A stretch of 64,000 nt of DNA, from NCBI GenBank assembly GCA_963795085.1, contig CAWCFX010000004.1:320001-384000 (forward strand), written 5' to 3'. Made by a program: the position numbers and the translations under genes. The notes beneath the pieces are model-generated. The model was given only the letters and a program-made list of their open reading frames with translations, did no database searches and was not told where the DNA came from. The DNA is from an uncultured Gemmatimonadales bacterium (GTDB taxonomy: Bacteria > Gemmatimonadota > Gemmatimonadetes > Gemmatimonadales > GWC2-71-9). This document shows, piece by piece, positions 50,364 to 60,645 of the stretch (its first letter is position 1; every line of letters starts with the position of its first letter).

Positions 50364-52372
50364 TAGCGGGTCCCCCGCACGCGCTTGAACGCGTCGGCCA
50401 TCCGCTCCGCCGTCAGGCCGAACTCGCGGTACAGCACCTCCGCCGGCGCCGATGCGCCGAAGTGATCCAGTCCCAGCACGGTGCCGCCGTCTCCCACGTA
50501 GCGGGACCAGCCGAAGGTGCTCGCCGCCTCCATGGACACCCGCACGGTCAGGGCACGTGGCAGCACCGACTCCCGGTAGCCGGCCGGTTGCTGGTCGAAC
50601 AGTTCCCACGAGGGCAGCGAGACCACCCGGGCCGCGATGCCCTCGGCCGCCAGGAGGTCGGCCGCGGCGAGCGCGATATGGACCTCGGACCCGGTCGCCA
50701 GCAGGATGCCTTCCGCATTGGCGGCATCCCGCAGCACGTAGCCGCCCTGCCGGAGTCCGGCGGCGGGAGCGACCGCCGCGCGATCGAGGATGGGGAGCTT
50801 CTGCCGGGAGAGGGCCAGCACGGTGGGGCCGTCGGTACGTTCCAGGGCGACCCGCCAGGCCTCGACCGTCTCGTTGGCGTCGGCCGGCCGGAGGGTGACC
50901 ACGTTGGGCATGGCCCGGAGCATGGCCAGCTGTTCCACCGGCTGGTGGGTCGGTCCGTCCTCGCCCAGGCCGATGGAATCGTGGGTACCGATAAAGATGA
51001 CGGGGAGCTTCGAGAGGGCGGCCAGCCGCACCGCCGGTTTCATGTAGTCGAAGAAAATGAGGAAGGTGCTGCCGAACCCGCGGAGGCCGCCGTGCGCCGC
51101 CAGCCCATTGAGACATGCGCCCATCGCATGTTCCCGGACGCCCCAGTGGATGTTGCGGCCGGTGGTCTCCGGCCCCATTTCGCCGCCGTTCTTGATCACG
51201 GCCCCGGTGCTGCCCGCCAGGTCGGCCGAGCCCCCGACCAGGTTGGTGACGACCGGGGTGAGGGCGTTGAGCGCCGACTGGGAGGCCTGCCTGGTCGCCA
51301 GCTTTCCATCCTTGGGGGTAAAAACCGGGAAGTTGGCATCCCAGCCATCGGGTAATCGGCCCGACATCCACTGGTCGAATTCCCGGGACAACTCCGGGTG
51401 GTGGGTGGCAAATTCGTCCCTGGTGGCCAACCAGGCCGTCTCGAGATCCTCGCCCCGGCCCTTCGCGTCCAGCATGTGATCCCGCACGTCGGCAGGCACC
51501 ACGAACGGGGCTTCGGTCCACCCCATGACCGCCTTGGTCGCCTTGACCTCCTCGGCCCCCAGGGGGGCGCCATGAGATTCCGGCGTGTTCCGCTTGGTCG
51601 GGGCTGGGTCCGCGATCACCGTCCGCATGACGATCAGCACCGGCCGGGTCGTCTCCGCGATGGCCGCCTCGTAGGCCCCGGCGATGTCGGCCAGGTCGTT
51701 GCCATCCTTGACGTGGAGCACCTTCCAGCCGTATGCCTCGTAGCGCCGGCCCCGGTCCTCGGTGAAGGCGATGTCGGTCTGGCCGTCGATGGTGATCCGG
51801 TTGTCGTCGTAAATCACCTTGAGGTTGCCCAGCCGGAGGTGGCCGGCCAGGGACGAGGCCTCGCTGGCCACGCCTTCCATCAGGTCACCATCACTGGCGA
51901 ACACCCAGACCCGGTGGTTGACCACCGGGTGGTCCGGCCGGTTGAACCGGTCGGCGAGCATCCGGGTGGCGATGCCCATGCCCACCGAGTTCCCCAGTCC
52001 CTGGCCGAGGGGGCCGGTGGTGACCTCGACGCCCTGGGTATGGCCCCGCTCGGGGTGGCCCGGAGTCCGCGACCCGAACTGGCGGAAATGTCGGATATCC
52101 TCGAGCGAGAGGTCGTAGCCGGTCAGGTGCAGCAGGGAGTACAGGAGCATCGAGGCGTGCCCGGCCGAGAGAATGAACCGGTCGCGGTCGGGCCAGTCGG
52201 GATTGGCGGGGTTGTGCCGGAGGTAGCGGGTCCAGAGGAGGTAGGCCGCCGGCGCCAGCGCCATGGGCGTTCCCGGGTGTCCCGATTGCGCCTGCTCTAC
52301 GGCATCCATGGAAAGGGCGCGAATGGTGTCAATGCATCGCTGGTCCAGGCCGGAATCGGAAGTCTGATTCAA
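50363..52372 (-). CDS. tkt: Transketolase
   Basis: [53 protein letters not shown] overlap with tal. Confidence 0.97.
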   Translation of the reverse strand: MNQTSDSGLDQRCIDTIRALSMDAVEQAQSGHPGTPMALAPAAYLLWTRYLRHNPANPDWPDRDRFILSAGHASMLLYSLLHLTGYDLSLEDIRHFRQFGSRTPGHPERGHTQGVEVTTGPLGQGLGNSVGMGIATRMLADRFNRPDHPVVNHRVWVFASDGDLMEGVASEASSLAGHLRLGNLKVIYDDNRITIDGQTDIAFTEDRGRRYEAYGWKVLHVKDGNDLADIAGAYEAAIAETTRPVLIVMRTVIADPAPTKRNTPESHGAPLGAEEVKATKAVMGWTEAPFVVPADVRDHMLDAKGRGEDLETAWLATRDEFATHHPELSREFDQWMSGRLPDGWDANFPVFTPKDGKLATRQASQSALNALTPVVTNLVGGSADLAGSTGAVIKNGGEMGPETTGRNIHWGVREHAMGACLNGLAAHGGLRGFGSTFLIFFDYMKPAVRLAALSKLPVIFIGTHDSIGLGEDGPTHQPVEQLAMLRAMPNVVTLRPADANETVEAWRVALERTDGPTVLALSRQKLPILDRAAVAPAAGLRQGGYVLRDAANAEGILLATGSEVHIALAAADLLAAEGIAARVVSLPSWELFDQQPAGYRESVLPRALTVRVSMEAASTFGWSRYVGDGGTVLGLDHFGASAPAEVLYREFGLTAERMADAFKRVRGTR

Positions 52373-52563
52373 GGGAATCGGGAGGCTGGGAGCGGGAGAG
52401 ATGGTCGTCAGGATTCGTCTCCAGTGATGGGAAATCCGTGGCGCCCTGATCGGGACGTCCCAAAATAATCAGCCATCACCCTCTGGCCTATGGGCAAATC
52501 CGGCGGGAACCGGCTCCGGCCTTCCCGGTATAACTGTAATAGTCAACCAGGGCGCGCAGAACC

Positions 52564-53439
52564 ATGACCAGTACCGGCATCGAACGCACCTACGAAATCA
52601 GCCAGGCAGCCCGGCTCACCGGGCTGGCCCCTTCGCGGCTCCGGGCGTGGGAGCGCCGGTACCAGGTCTTCCGCCCCACCCGGCTTCCCAACGGCTACCG
52701 GGTGTACACGGCGGGCCAGGTCGCCCTGCTGCGCGCCTTTGCCCGGCTGATCGAGCGAGGCGACAAGATCGGCAACCTGGTCAGGCTCCCGCCCGAAGAA
52801 GTCCTGCTGGCTGCGGAGATGGTGGCCTCCGCGGACGCGGCGCCTCCGGTGCTGCTGGAGGCCACGGTCGCGTTGGACCGGGACCGGCTGGAGAGCCTGG
52901 TCAGCCAGGAGATCCTGGATCGGGGCCTGGTGGGCTTCGCGGAAGCCACGGTGATCCCTTTTTCCCAAACGGTGGGGGACATGTGGGCCCTGGGCGTCCT
53001 GCCGGTCGCCGCTGAGCATCTGGCGAGCGAGGTGATCGTGCAGGCGCTGAAGGCGGGAATCCGGGAGTCCCGAGAGACCGGACCGCTGGTGGTCGCCTCC
53101 ACCATGCCGGGCGAGCGGCATGAGTGGGGATTCCTGGCCACCCTGGCGGCGTTACAGGGCCGGGGATGGAGAATCCACTACCTGGGCCCGGACCTGCCGC
53201 TGGGCGACCTGGTCATGGCGGCATGGCGGCTTCGGCCCCGCTGCGTCGCCCTGAGCGCCAGCGATCCGGAGGTCGTGGTGTCCAACCTGGCGGGCCTCTC
53301 GGACCTGCCGCACCGGCTTCCCCCCGGGGCGGAGGCGGTCATCGGAGGCGGCGGCATCGCCACTCACACCCGGCGGCTGGCCGCCTGCGGGTTCCGGCTG
53401 GGGACGGATGCCCGGGCTTTTCCGGGGCAGGAGAGTTGA
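52564..53439 (+). CDS. MerR-type HTH + cobalamin-binding regulator (CarH/LitR-like)
   Basis: LRAWERRY...R.PNGYRVY; W-x9-EH (WALGVLPVAAEH); GERHEWG; YLGPDLP; LSA; IGG. Confidence 0.85.
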   Translation: MTSTGIERTYEISQAARLTGLAPSRLRAWERRYQVFRPTRLPNGYRVYTAGQVALLRAFARLIERGDKIGNLVRLPPEEVLLAAEMVASADAAPPVLLEATVALDRDRLESLVSQEILDRGLVGFAEATVIPFSQTVGDMWALGVLPVAAEHLASEVIVQALKAGIRESRETGPLVVASTMPGERHEWGFLATLAALQGRGWRIHYLGPDLPLGDLVMAAWRLRPRCVALSASDPEVVVSNLAGLSDLPHRLPPGAEAVIGGGGIATHTRRLAACGFRLGTDARAFPGQES

Positions 53440-53516
53440 GGTTCGAATCTCAGATTGAGATTTTCAGACCTTTTTCAGACCTCTGGGAAGGCAGGACCAG
53501 CTGCCCTCTGCCCACG

Positions 53517-53579
53517 CTGCACTCTGCACTCTGCACGCTGCACACTGCACGCTGCACGCTGCACGCTGCACACTGCACG
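53517..53579. repeat. Heptamer tandem repeat (CTGCACN)9
   Basis: ctgcact ctgcact ctgcacg ctgcaca ctgcacg ctgcacg ctgcacg ctgcaca ctgcacg. Confidence 0.92.
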
Positions 53580-53674
53580 CTACAAACTACCCCGCCCCTC
53601 CATCTCTCCCGGCGACCGTGTTATTATCTGCGGCCTGCGGGCTTCTCGGGCACTGACCTCATTGGGAGTGTTTT

Positions 53675-54325
53675 GTGGCGAACGACGAACCGGATTATCT
53701 CAAGGCGCTGAAGCGCACCCAGGAACGAAACAAGAGCGGCGGAACCGCCCGGGTGGTGGCGGGTGCCACGGCTCCCAGAGAGGCGCCGCTGGGCCAGGCC
53801 GAGCGAGAGGCGCTGCGCTGGGCGCGGGAGGTGGCGGGCCAGGATGTCCGGCCGGCGCCTTCGCTGCACGGGGCCAAGTGCGCCTTCCTGTCGCAGCCCA
53901 AGACCTATGACGGCAAGGCGCCCATCATGCTGGACGGGGTCGCCAGCCGGGAGGCCCTGCTGAGCCGGTACGAGGCCGCGACCAGCTTCGGCGACAAGGT
54001 CCTGGGGCTGTATGACGTCACCAGCTCCCGGCCGCTCACGGTGGAGACCAAGGAGGGCAAGACCACCTTTGTGGCCGGGCCGGTGCGGCAGGTGGGCAAG
54101 GCGCTGAGCCCGGAGCAGATGATCCGGAAGGCGGCGGCGGAGGCGGCCCAGCTGGCCAAGACCCGGAAGCCGGACGACCTGATGAAAGGCAACCGGGGGG
54201 CCCGGGGTGGTCCTGGTGGCGCCGGCGGCCGAGGCCAGGGTGGCCGCGGTGGGCAGGGGGGTCGGGGCGGCGGCCCTGGAGGCCCGGGCGGGCCCCCCGG
54301 GGGTGGAGCACCCCGGGGCCGGTAG
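53675..54325 (+). CDS. Hypothetical protein with Gly/Arg-rich (RGG-like) C-terminal tail
   Basis: GGGAG SD before GTG; tail RGARGGPGGAGGRGQGGRGGQGGRGGGPGG. Confidence 0.75.
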   Translation: MANDEPDYLKALKRTQERNKSGGTARVVAGATAPREAPLGQAEREALRWAREVAGQDVRPAPSLHGAKCAFLSQPKTYDGKAPIMLDGVASREALLSRYEAATSFGDKVLGLYDVTSSRPLTVETKEGKTTFVAGPVRQVGKALSPEQMIRKAAAEAAQLAKTRKPDDLMKGNRGARGGPGGAGGRGQGGRGGQGGRGGGPGGPGGPPGGGAPRGR

Positions 54326-54430
54326 GGCGGTCTATGGTCAAACCGGCGTCAATGTTGTACTTTAAGACGTTCCCTGAGCCCTGGGCCGACTGGCCCCGGG
54401 CTCGTAACTTGAACCCCAGTAAGAGTTTTT

Positions 54431-54820
54431 GTGCGTAGAAGACCACCCAGGAAACGTACCTCGCAGGGCAGTTCCTCATCGTTCCAGCGGTCTCCCGGCC
54501 GGTCCCTCCAATCCCATAGAGAGTGGCTCCTCGAGCGCCATGGCCCGGTCTGCGCCTATTGCGGCAAGACCACCTCGCCCGAAGTGATCACCCTGGACCA
54601 CGTCCGGCCGCGCCGCGGCCAGACCGCCTATGACCGTCCGGACAACCTGGTTTTGGCCTGCATTCCCTGCAATGCCGCCAAGGCCGATTCACCCCTCCTC
54701 GCCTTCCTGCTGCAGCAGCGGGCCCGGGGCGTGTACCTCCTTCACTATGGCGACCACCTGTCCGATCCGCTGAAAGACCTGGCGCGGCAGGCGTCGGAAC
54801 GGCCGCTTCTCGAGGCGTAA
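54431..54820 (+). CDS. Small HNH endonuclease
   Basis: CAYCG...TLDHVRP..GQ......NLVLACIPCNAAK. Confidence 0.88.
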   Translation: MRRRPPRKRTSQGSSSSFQRSPGRSLQSHREWLLERHGPVCAYCGKTTSPEVITLDHVRPRRGQTAYDRPDNLVLACIPCNAAKADSPLLAFLLQQRARGVYLLHYGDHLSDPLKDLARQASERPLLEA

Positions 54821-54827
54821 CTGAACG

Positions 54828-54912
54828 GGGCGGTAGAACAGAAGGCGGTAGACAAGCCGCGGTGGAAAGAGGGCGGCAGAAAACAAAGGCGGTAGGTAAG
54901 AGGGCGGTAGGA
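54828..54912. repeat. Spaced GGCGGTAG-like repeats
   Basis: About six (G)GCGGTAG-like cores with short A-rich spacers. Confidence 0.7.
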
Positions 54913-54920
54913 AGACATAG

Positions 54921-54960
54921 GGCGGAGATCCGGGGGAACCAGGATTCCGCCCTTTTTTCT
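54921..54960 (+). terminator. Intrinsic terminator
   Basis: gggcggagatcc...ggattccgccc followed by a T run. Confidence 0.75.
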
Positions 54961-55003
54961 GTTCCTTAGTCCCGGGGTGGCGTGGGTCCGCCTCCCCGCC
55001 CGC

Positions 55004-58000
55004 CTACTTCTTCCGCGCCTTTGACGCCGGCCCGGCCCCTTCCAGCGCATCCGCCACGATCCGTTTCTGCTCCTGCTGGTGCGCCTGGGGATAGCCCTCC
55101 GCCGGGCTCGCCCGCTCCGGCCGCCCGGCGTAGCGCAGCGTAACGCCGGGCGGCATCACGTCACGGAGTTTTTCCTCGATGTAGCGCCAGGCGCCCATGT
55201 TCTTCGGCTCCTCCTGGGCCCACACCAGCTCCTTCATCGCCGCATAGCGGCCGAGGATCTCGCGCATCTCGGGGGCGGGGAAGGGGTAGAGCTGCTCCAC
55301 CCGCACGATCGCGGGGCGCTTCTCCCCCAGCTTCTCCGTCTCCGCCAGCAGTTCGTAGTAGATCTTGCCGGAGCAGAGGACCACCCGGCTCACCACGGTG
55401 GTCTCCCCTTGGAAATGCGGGTCGTCCATTACCGGGTGGAAGCCACCCGTGGCCAGGTCATCCAGCGTCGAGGTGGCCTGGGGATGCCGGAGCAGGCTCT
55501 TCGGCGTCATGATGATCAGCGGACGCTGCCGGTGGACCCGCGCCTGGCGGCGGAGCAGGTGGAAGTACTGCCCCGGCGTGGTGCAGTTGGCCACCCGGAT
55601 GTTGCCTTCCGCCGCCAGCTGGAGAAACCGTTCCAGCCGGGCGCTGGAGTGTTCCGGCCCCTGGCCCTCGTACCCGTGCGGCAGGAGCAGCGTAAGCCGG
55701 GTGGTGACGCCCCACTTGCTGAGGCTCGAGGCGATGAACTGGTCCACCATCACCTGGGCCCCGTTGATGAAGTCGCCGAACTGCGCCTCCCACAGCACCA
55801 GCACCTCCTGGGCGGCGGCGCTGTAGCCATACTCGAACCCGATGGTGGCCAGCTCGCTGAGCGGGCTGTTGTACACCTCGAAGGGCGCCTGCGCCCCCGG
55901 CAGCCGCTGCATGGGTATCAGCTTCTGGCCGGTGGCCACGTCGTGCAGCGCCAGGTGGCGCTGGCTGAAGGTGCCCCGCTCGGTGTCCTGCCCGGTGAGC
56001 CGGATCGGCGTCCCCTCCACCAGCACCGACGCAAACGCCAGCGCCTCGGCGTGGGCCCAGTCGATGCCGCCCTTGTCGCCCGCCGCCGCGCGGCGCCGCT
56101 CCAGCTGCTTCCCGAGCTTGGGATTGACCTGGAATCCCTCCGGCCAGGTCAGCAGCTGGTCGTTGAGCGCGCGGAGCAGGTCGGCCGGCACGGCGGTCTC
56201 GATGTCCATGCCCGGCGTCCGGGATGACTTGGACGACTCGGCCGGCTCGGCGGTGCTGCGGGCCGCCTTGTAGGACTGCTGCACGTCGGTGAGCCGCTGG
56301 TACGCCGCGTCGTAGGATGCCTTCGCCTGCTCCGCGGACACGACGCCCTCGTTCGTGAGCTGGGCGGCGTAGAGTTCCCACACGGTCTCGTGGTCCCGGA
56401 TCCGGCTGTACATGAGCGGCTGGGTGTAGCTCGGCTCGTCGCCCTCGTTATGGCCATGACGCCGGTAGCCCACCAGGTCAATCAGCGCATCCTCCTGGAA
56501 CTTGTCCCGGTACATCATGGCCAGCCGTACCGCGGCGATGCAGGCCTCCGCGTCGTCGGCGTTGACGTGGATGATGGGGACGTCGAACCCCTTGGCCAGG
56601 TCGCTGGCGTAGCGGGTGGACCGCGCATCCCGCACGTCGGTGGTGAACCCGACCTGGTTGTTGGCGATCAGGTGCAGGGTGCCGCCGGTGCGGTAGCCCG
56701 CCAGCGCGCCCAGGTTAAGCATCTCGGCCACCACGCCCTGGGCGGCGAAGGCGGCGTCGCCGTGGATCACCACGGGGAGCGAGACGGTGGGGTCGTGGAT
56801 CGCTTCGCGGCCCCGGCACTGGGTCTGGGTGGCGCGGGCCCGGCCATCCACCACCGGCCCCACGAATTCGAGGTGGCTCGGGTTGGCCGCCAGCGCCACG
56901 GTCACCGCGTGCCCCTTGGTAGTGCGGTAAGCCCCCTCCGCGCCGTGATGGTATTTCACGTCGCCGGTGCCGTCCTCACTGTGCTGGCCGGTCTCCTCGA
57001 CGGGCCGGCTGCCCTCGAACTCGGCGAAGATGGCCTGGTAGCTCTTGCCCACCGTGTGGGCCAGCACGTTGAGCCGGCCCCGGTGCGCCATGCCGATGAC
57101 CACCTCGCGGGCGCCGGTATCGGCGGCGCCTTCGATCACGTGGTCCAGCATGGGGACCATGATGTCGAGCCCCTCGATGGAGAACCGCTTCTGGCCGAGA
57201 TAGGCCTTGTGCAGGAAATTCTCGAAGACCTGCACCTGGGTGAGCCGCTGCAGCAGGGTCTGCTTTTCTTCGGGGGTGAGCGGGGTGCGGTGGGCTCCCG
57301 ACTCGATCATCTGGCGGAGCCAGACCCGCTCCTCGTGGCTGGCGATGTGTTCCACCTCGTACGCGATGGTGCCGCAGTATGTCGCCTTGAGGTGGGGCAG
57401 GGCATCGAACAGGGTCTCGCCCGGTACCGCGATGCGGAGCACGCTGGACGGAATCGTCTTCATCACCTCGGGCGTGAGCCCCAGCGGTTCCGGGTTGAGT
57501 GCCGGATCTCCGGTGGGCTCGCTACCCAGCGGGTCGAGCCGGGCGGCCAGGTGGCCGTGGGTCCGGTGGGCCTTGACCAGCGCCATCGCGGCGGCGACGT
57601 GGGCCAGGTCGTCTACCGACCGGCGGGCCAGGCTGCCGGCCCCGGCCGCGAGCGTCGAGGGAGCCGCCTCTTTCCGACGCTCCGGGACCTTGAGGCCGAG
57701 GCTGGTAAATATCTGTTCGTAGAAGCCCTCCTCGCCCTGGAGCAGCAGGTCCACCGTGCGGAGGAACTCGCCTGACTCGGCACCCTGGATCACCCGGTGA
57801 TCGTAGGTGCTGGTCATCGTCATGACCTTGGAGAGGCCGAGGTCCCGGATGCGTTCAGGCGGGGTGGTGCTGAACTCGGGGGGATAGATGATCGAGCCGA
57901 CCGCGATGATGCTGCCCTGGCCGGCCATCAGCCGGGGGACCGAGGCGCTGGTACCCAGCCCGCCCGGGTTGGTCAGCGTCATGGTGCCGCCGGCGTAGGC

Positions 58001-58687
58001 GTCCGGCATCAGCTTGTTGTTGCGCGCCTTGTCCACCAGCGATTCGTAGGTGGCCAGGAAGCCGGCGAAGTCCATGGCGTCGGCCCCGTGGATCACGGGG
58101 ACGACCAGCCCGCGGCTGCCGTCCTTCCGCTCGACGTCCACCGCGAGGCCGAGGTTGACCTGAGTGGTGTCTATACGGTGGGGCGCGCCATCCACGTCGG
58201 CATAGGTGGAGCACATCATCGGGTGGCGCTTGCCGGCCAGGGCCAGGGCGTACCCGATCAGGTGGGTGAACGAGATCTTCTCCGTGCGGTTGGCTGTCTT
58301 GAGGGCGTTGTTGAGGTCCTTCCGCCGGCTGTCCAGGGTGGCGACGGCCAGCTCGCGGAAGCTCGTGGCGGTGGGGACCTTGAGGCTCTCGTTCATGTTG
58401 GCCGCGAGCCGGGCGGCGGGGCCCTTGATCAGGGTGGCGCCAGCGGGCGGTTCGGCGGAGGCGGTCCCGGGAATAGCCGCGGGGGGTGAAGCGACTGGAG
58501 CGGCGGCCGGCGCGGCGTGGCCGGCGGCGCCGGCGCCGTTCCCCTCGTACCCAGGGTGCTCCCCGACCACGCCGCTTTCGAACAGGCGACGCCATTCGAG
58601 GCTCACCGCCTGGGGGTCGCGGAGGTATTCCTCGTAGATCGCCTGGGCAAACCCGGCATTGGCGGTTTCGAAGACGTTAGGGTCCAC
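55004..58687 (-). CDS. kgd: Multifunctional 2-oxoglutarate dehydrogenase (E2-like acyltransferase domain fused to E1)
   Basis: N-terminal E2-like core (MNESLKVPTATS, TLTNPG, TYDHRVIQGAESGEFL), then E1 motifs (GMAHRGRLN, GDVKYH, HGDAAF, GHNEGDEP, WEAQFGDF, PHGYEGQGPEHSSAR). Confidence 0.95.
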   Translation of the reverse strand: MDPNVFETANAGFAQAIYEEYLRDPQAVSLEWRRLFESGVVGEHPGYEGNGAGAAGHAAPAAAPVASPPAAIPGTASAEPPAGATLIKGPAARLAANMNESLKVPTATSFRELAVATLDSRRKDLNNALKTANRTEKISFTHLIGYALALAGKRHPMMCSTYADVDGAPHRIDTTQVNLGLAVDVERKDGSRGLVVPVIHGADAMDFAGFLATYESLVDKARNNKLMPDAYAGGTMTLTNPGGLGTSASVPRLMAGQGSIIAVGSIIYPPEFSTTPPERIRDLGLSKVMTMTSTYDHRVIQGAESGEFLRTVDLLLQGEEGFYEQIFTSLGLKVPERRKEAAPSTLAAGAGSLARRSVDDLAHVAAAMALVKAHRTHGHLAARLDPLGSEPTGDPALNPEPLGLTPEVMKTIPSSVLRIAVPGETLFDALPHLKATYCGTIAYEVEHIASHEERVWLRQMIESGAHRTPLTPEEKQTLLQRLTQVQVFENFLHKAYLGQKRFSIEGLDIMVPMLDHVIEGAADTGAREVVIGMAHRGRLNVLAHTVGKSYQAIFAEFEGSRPVEETGQHSEDGTGDVKYHHGAEGAYRTTKGHAVTVALAANPSHLEFVGPVVDGRARATQTQCRGREAIHDPTVSLPVVIHGDAAFAAQGVVAEMLNLGALAGYRTGGTLHLIANNQVGFTTDVRDARSTRYASDLAKGFDVPIIHVNADDAEACIAAVRLAMMYRDKFQEDALIDLVGYRRHGHNEGDEPSYTQPLMYSRIRDHETVWELYAAQLTNEGVVSAEQAKASYDAAYQRLTDVQQSYKAARSTAEPAESSKSSRTPGMDIETAVPADLLRALNDQLLTWPEGFQVNPKLGKQLERRRAAAGDKGGIDWAHAEALAFASVLVEGTPIRLTGQDTERGTFSQRHLALHDVATGQKLIPMQRLPGAQAPFEVYNSPLSELATIGFEYGYSAAAQEVLVLWEAQFGDFINGAQVMVDQFIASSLSKWGVTTRLTLLLPHGYEGQGPEHSSARLERFLQLAAEGNIRVANCTTPGQYFHLLRRQARVHRQRPLIIMTPKSLLRHPQATSTLDDLATGGFHPVMDDPHFQGETTVVSRVVLCSGKIYYELLAETEKLGEKRPAIVRVEQLYPFPAPEMREILGRYAAMKELVWAQEEPKNMGAWRYIEEKLRDVMPPGVTLRYAGRPERASPAEGYPQAHQQEQKRIVADALEGAGPASKARKK

Positions 58688-58883
58688 AACTCACTCCGGC
58701 ACAACGGATTGGAAGGATAGAGCCGACCTCGAAAGATAATGGATCGGCAGCCGGCGTGTGGCCCCGCGAAGGTCCTGCGTCAAAGGAAGAGCTTCACGCC
58801 CTTGCGGGATTGCGGCCGATCCCTGAATGTCTGTCATCGACCCAAGAGGCGACTGGACAGATTACCCCTAAGGAGCACGTCAC

Positions 58884-59873
58884 ATGCGCCGATCGATCGC
58901 CGTGATTCTTTTCGTTTCCGGGTCCGCCCTGGCCTGCGGTGGGTCAGATTCGGGCCCCAATCCCCCCGCGACCAGCGTCCTCGCGGTATCCGCCGGGAAT
59001 AACCAGATCGCCCCGGTCAACACGCTGCTGGCCAATCCGCTGTGCGCGGTCGTCACTTCCGGCGGGTCCGCCAAGGCCGATGTCACCGTGAACTGGTCGT
59101 CCACCACCGCCGGGGTGGCGGCGGCCAGCAGTATAAGCGGTTCCGGTGGCGTGGCCTGTACCGACGTCACCACCGGGACCGCCGCCGGGACCCAGACGGT
59201 CCAGGCCGCAGTTTCCGGTGCCACCGGGTCCCCGGTGACGTTCAGCATTTCGGCCGTGGCGGGAGCCGCATTCTCTATTACCGGGGCCGGCGGCGACAAC
59301 CAGTCCGCGTCGATCAGCACGGTACTGCCTCTGCCCCTCACGGTGCTAATCGCCGACCAGTTCGGCAACCCGGTCCAGAACGCCCAGGTGGGCTGGTCGG
59401 TGATCTCCGGCTCGGCGACGGTGGCCCCGCCCTTCGCCACAACCCTGGCGACCGGTATCGCCTCCACGACGGTGACCCTGGGCGGCACGGCGGGCCCCAT
59501 CGTGATCAATGCCACCTCGTCGGGCCTCAACGGATCGCCGCTGCGTTTCGACGCCACCGCGACGGTGCCCCCGCCGCTCCCCACCGCCATCACCATCACG
59601 GTGCAAAACAATTCCTTCTCGCCGGCGGTGGACACCGTCGCGGCCGGCGGAACGGTGACCTGGGACTGGGCCAACACGGCCGGTGTGCAGCATAGTGTGA
59701 CTTCGACGTCTAACCCGACATTTACCAGCGATCCAGCCGGACTCACCGCGAGTCCCCACAGCTACGGCCCGATCACGTTCAGTACGCCGGGGACCTACTT
59801 CTACTATTGCGAGGTTCACGGGGCGCCGGGAAGCCCGCCGACCGGAATGAGCGGGCGGATCGTGGTCCAGTGA
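58884..59873 (+). CDS. Lipoprotein: two Ig-like (Big_1) domains + C-terminal cupredoxin
   Basis: AAGGAG SD; lipobox ALAC; GNNQ/GDNQ and DQFGNPV Ig motifs; QHSV...YYCEVHG...GMSGRIVVQ. Confidence 0.85.
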   Translation: MRRSIAVILFVSGSALACGGSDSGPNPPATSVLAVSAGNNQIAPVNTLLANPLCAVVTSGGSAKADVTVNWSSTTAGVAAASSISGSGGVACTDVTTGTAAGTQTVQAAVSGATGSPVTFSISAVAGAAFSITGAGGDNQSASISTVLPLPLTVLIADQFGNPVQNAQVGWSVISGSATVAPPFATTLATGIASTTVTLGGTAGPIVINATSSGLNGSPLRFDATATVPPPLPTAITITVQNNSFSPAVDTVAAGGTVTWDWANTAGVQHSVTSTSNPTFTSDPAGLTASPHSYGPITFSTPGTYFYYCEVHGAPGSPPTGMSGRIVVQ

Positions 59874-59943
59874 TCAGATGGCGGATCGCTGGTTGGAAGC
59901 AAATCCTTTGGCCTTCACCGATGTTCACCGATTGAGAATGAAC

Positions 59944-60645
59944 ATGCGACCATTTCTTCTGGCACCTTTGGCATTTGCGCTGGCCTGTTCGAGCCCCGAT
60001 GCGCTGCATCCGAACCCGGGTCCCGTGGACAGTGTCACACCGCCGCTAACCGGGCTGGAACTGGATTGGCCGAGGGCGTCCGGGACCGGGCAGGAAGTGG
60101 AGGTGACCCAGCCCGCGCAGGAGCCGCTGGCTGTCCTGGTGCGGGTGGACGGACTGCCGACGGCGGGAATTCCCGTGCGATGGATCAGCTGCTGCGGCTC
60201 CGCCATGGAGCCGGAGGTCGCCATCACTGACATCTACGGCGTCGCGAAAAGCAGTTTCCGCGCCGGGACCCAGGCGATGACGGGGCAAGTGGTCACCGCC
60301 ACCGTGGCTGACAAGTCTCTGGATTATCAGGTCAACGTGCTGGCCGGACCCGTTGCGGCGCTAGGGAAGGTGACATCGGTCCCGGACTCGGTCCCGGTGG
60401 GCGCGAACATCCAACTAACGGTCGTGGCGTTGGACCAGTACGGGAACCGAGCCGGGTCCCACCCCGTGCTGTGGCGGGTGACAGTGACCGGCGAGGCGCT
60501 GGCGCTGTTCAGCGCCCAGACGTCGGCCTCTGGTACGTCGACGCTGTGGGTCCGCCCGGACGCGCCGGGGAAGCAGGTGGACGCCTTCGTTCAGCTTGAT
60601 GGCACCAGCATCGCGCCGGTAACGTTTCACACGAAGTCGTTCTAG
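59944..60645 (+). CDS. Lipoprotein with two Ig-like domains
   Basis: MRPFLLAPLAFALAC lipobox; SGTGQ, TDIYGVA, DQYGN motifs; no cupredoxin. Confidence 0.75.
   Translation: MRPFLLAPLAFALACSSPDALHPNPGPVDSVTPPLTGLELDWPRASGTGQEVEVTQPAQEPLAVLVRVDGLPTAGIPVRWISCCGSAMEPEVAITDIYGVAKSSFRAGTQAMTGQVVTATVADKSLDYQVNVLAGPVAALGKVTSVPDSVPVGANIQLTVVALDQYGNRAGSHPVLWRVTVTGEALALFSAQTSASGTSTLWVRPDAPGKQVDAFVQLDGTSIAPVTFHTKSF

Noticed and set aside
50364..51521. N-terminal extension of the 754-aa ORF as a transaldolase fusion
   Set aside because: The extension overlaps tkt in another frame and is low-complexity; tal starts at ATG 50363 in a TAATG junction.
54828..54912. Spaced repeats next to an HNH gene as a mini-CRISPR or RNA-guided system
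   Set aside because: Repeats are ~8 nt with ~6-9 nt spacers, no cas genes are present, and the HNH protein is only 129 aa with no RuvC motifs; the pattern fits this genome's intergenic microsatellites.
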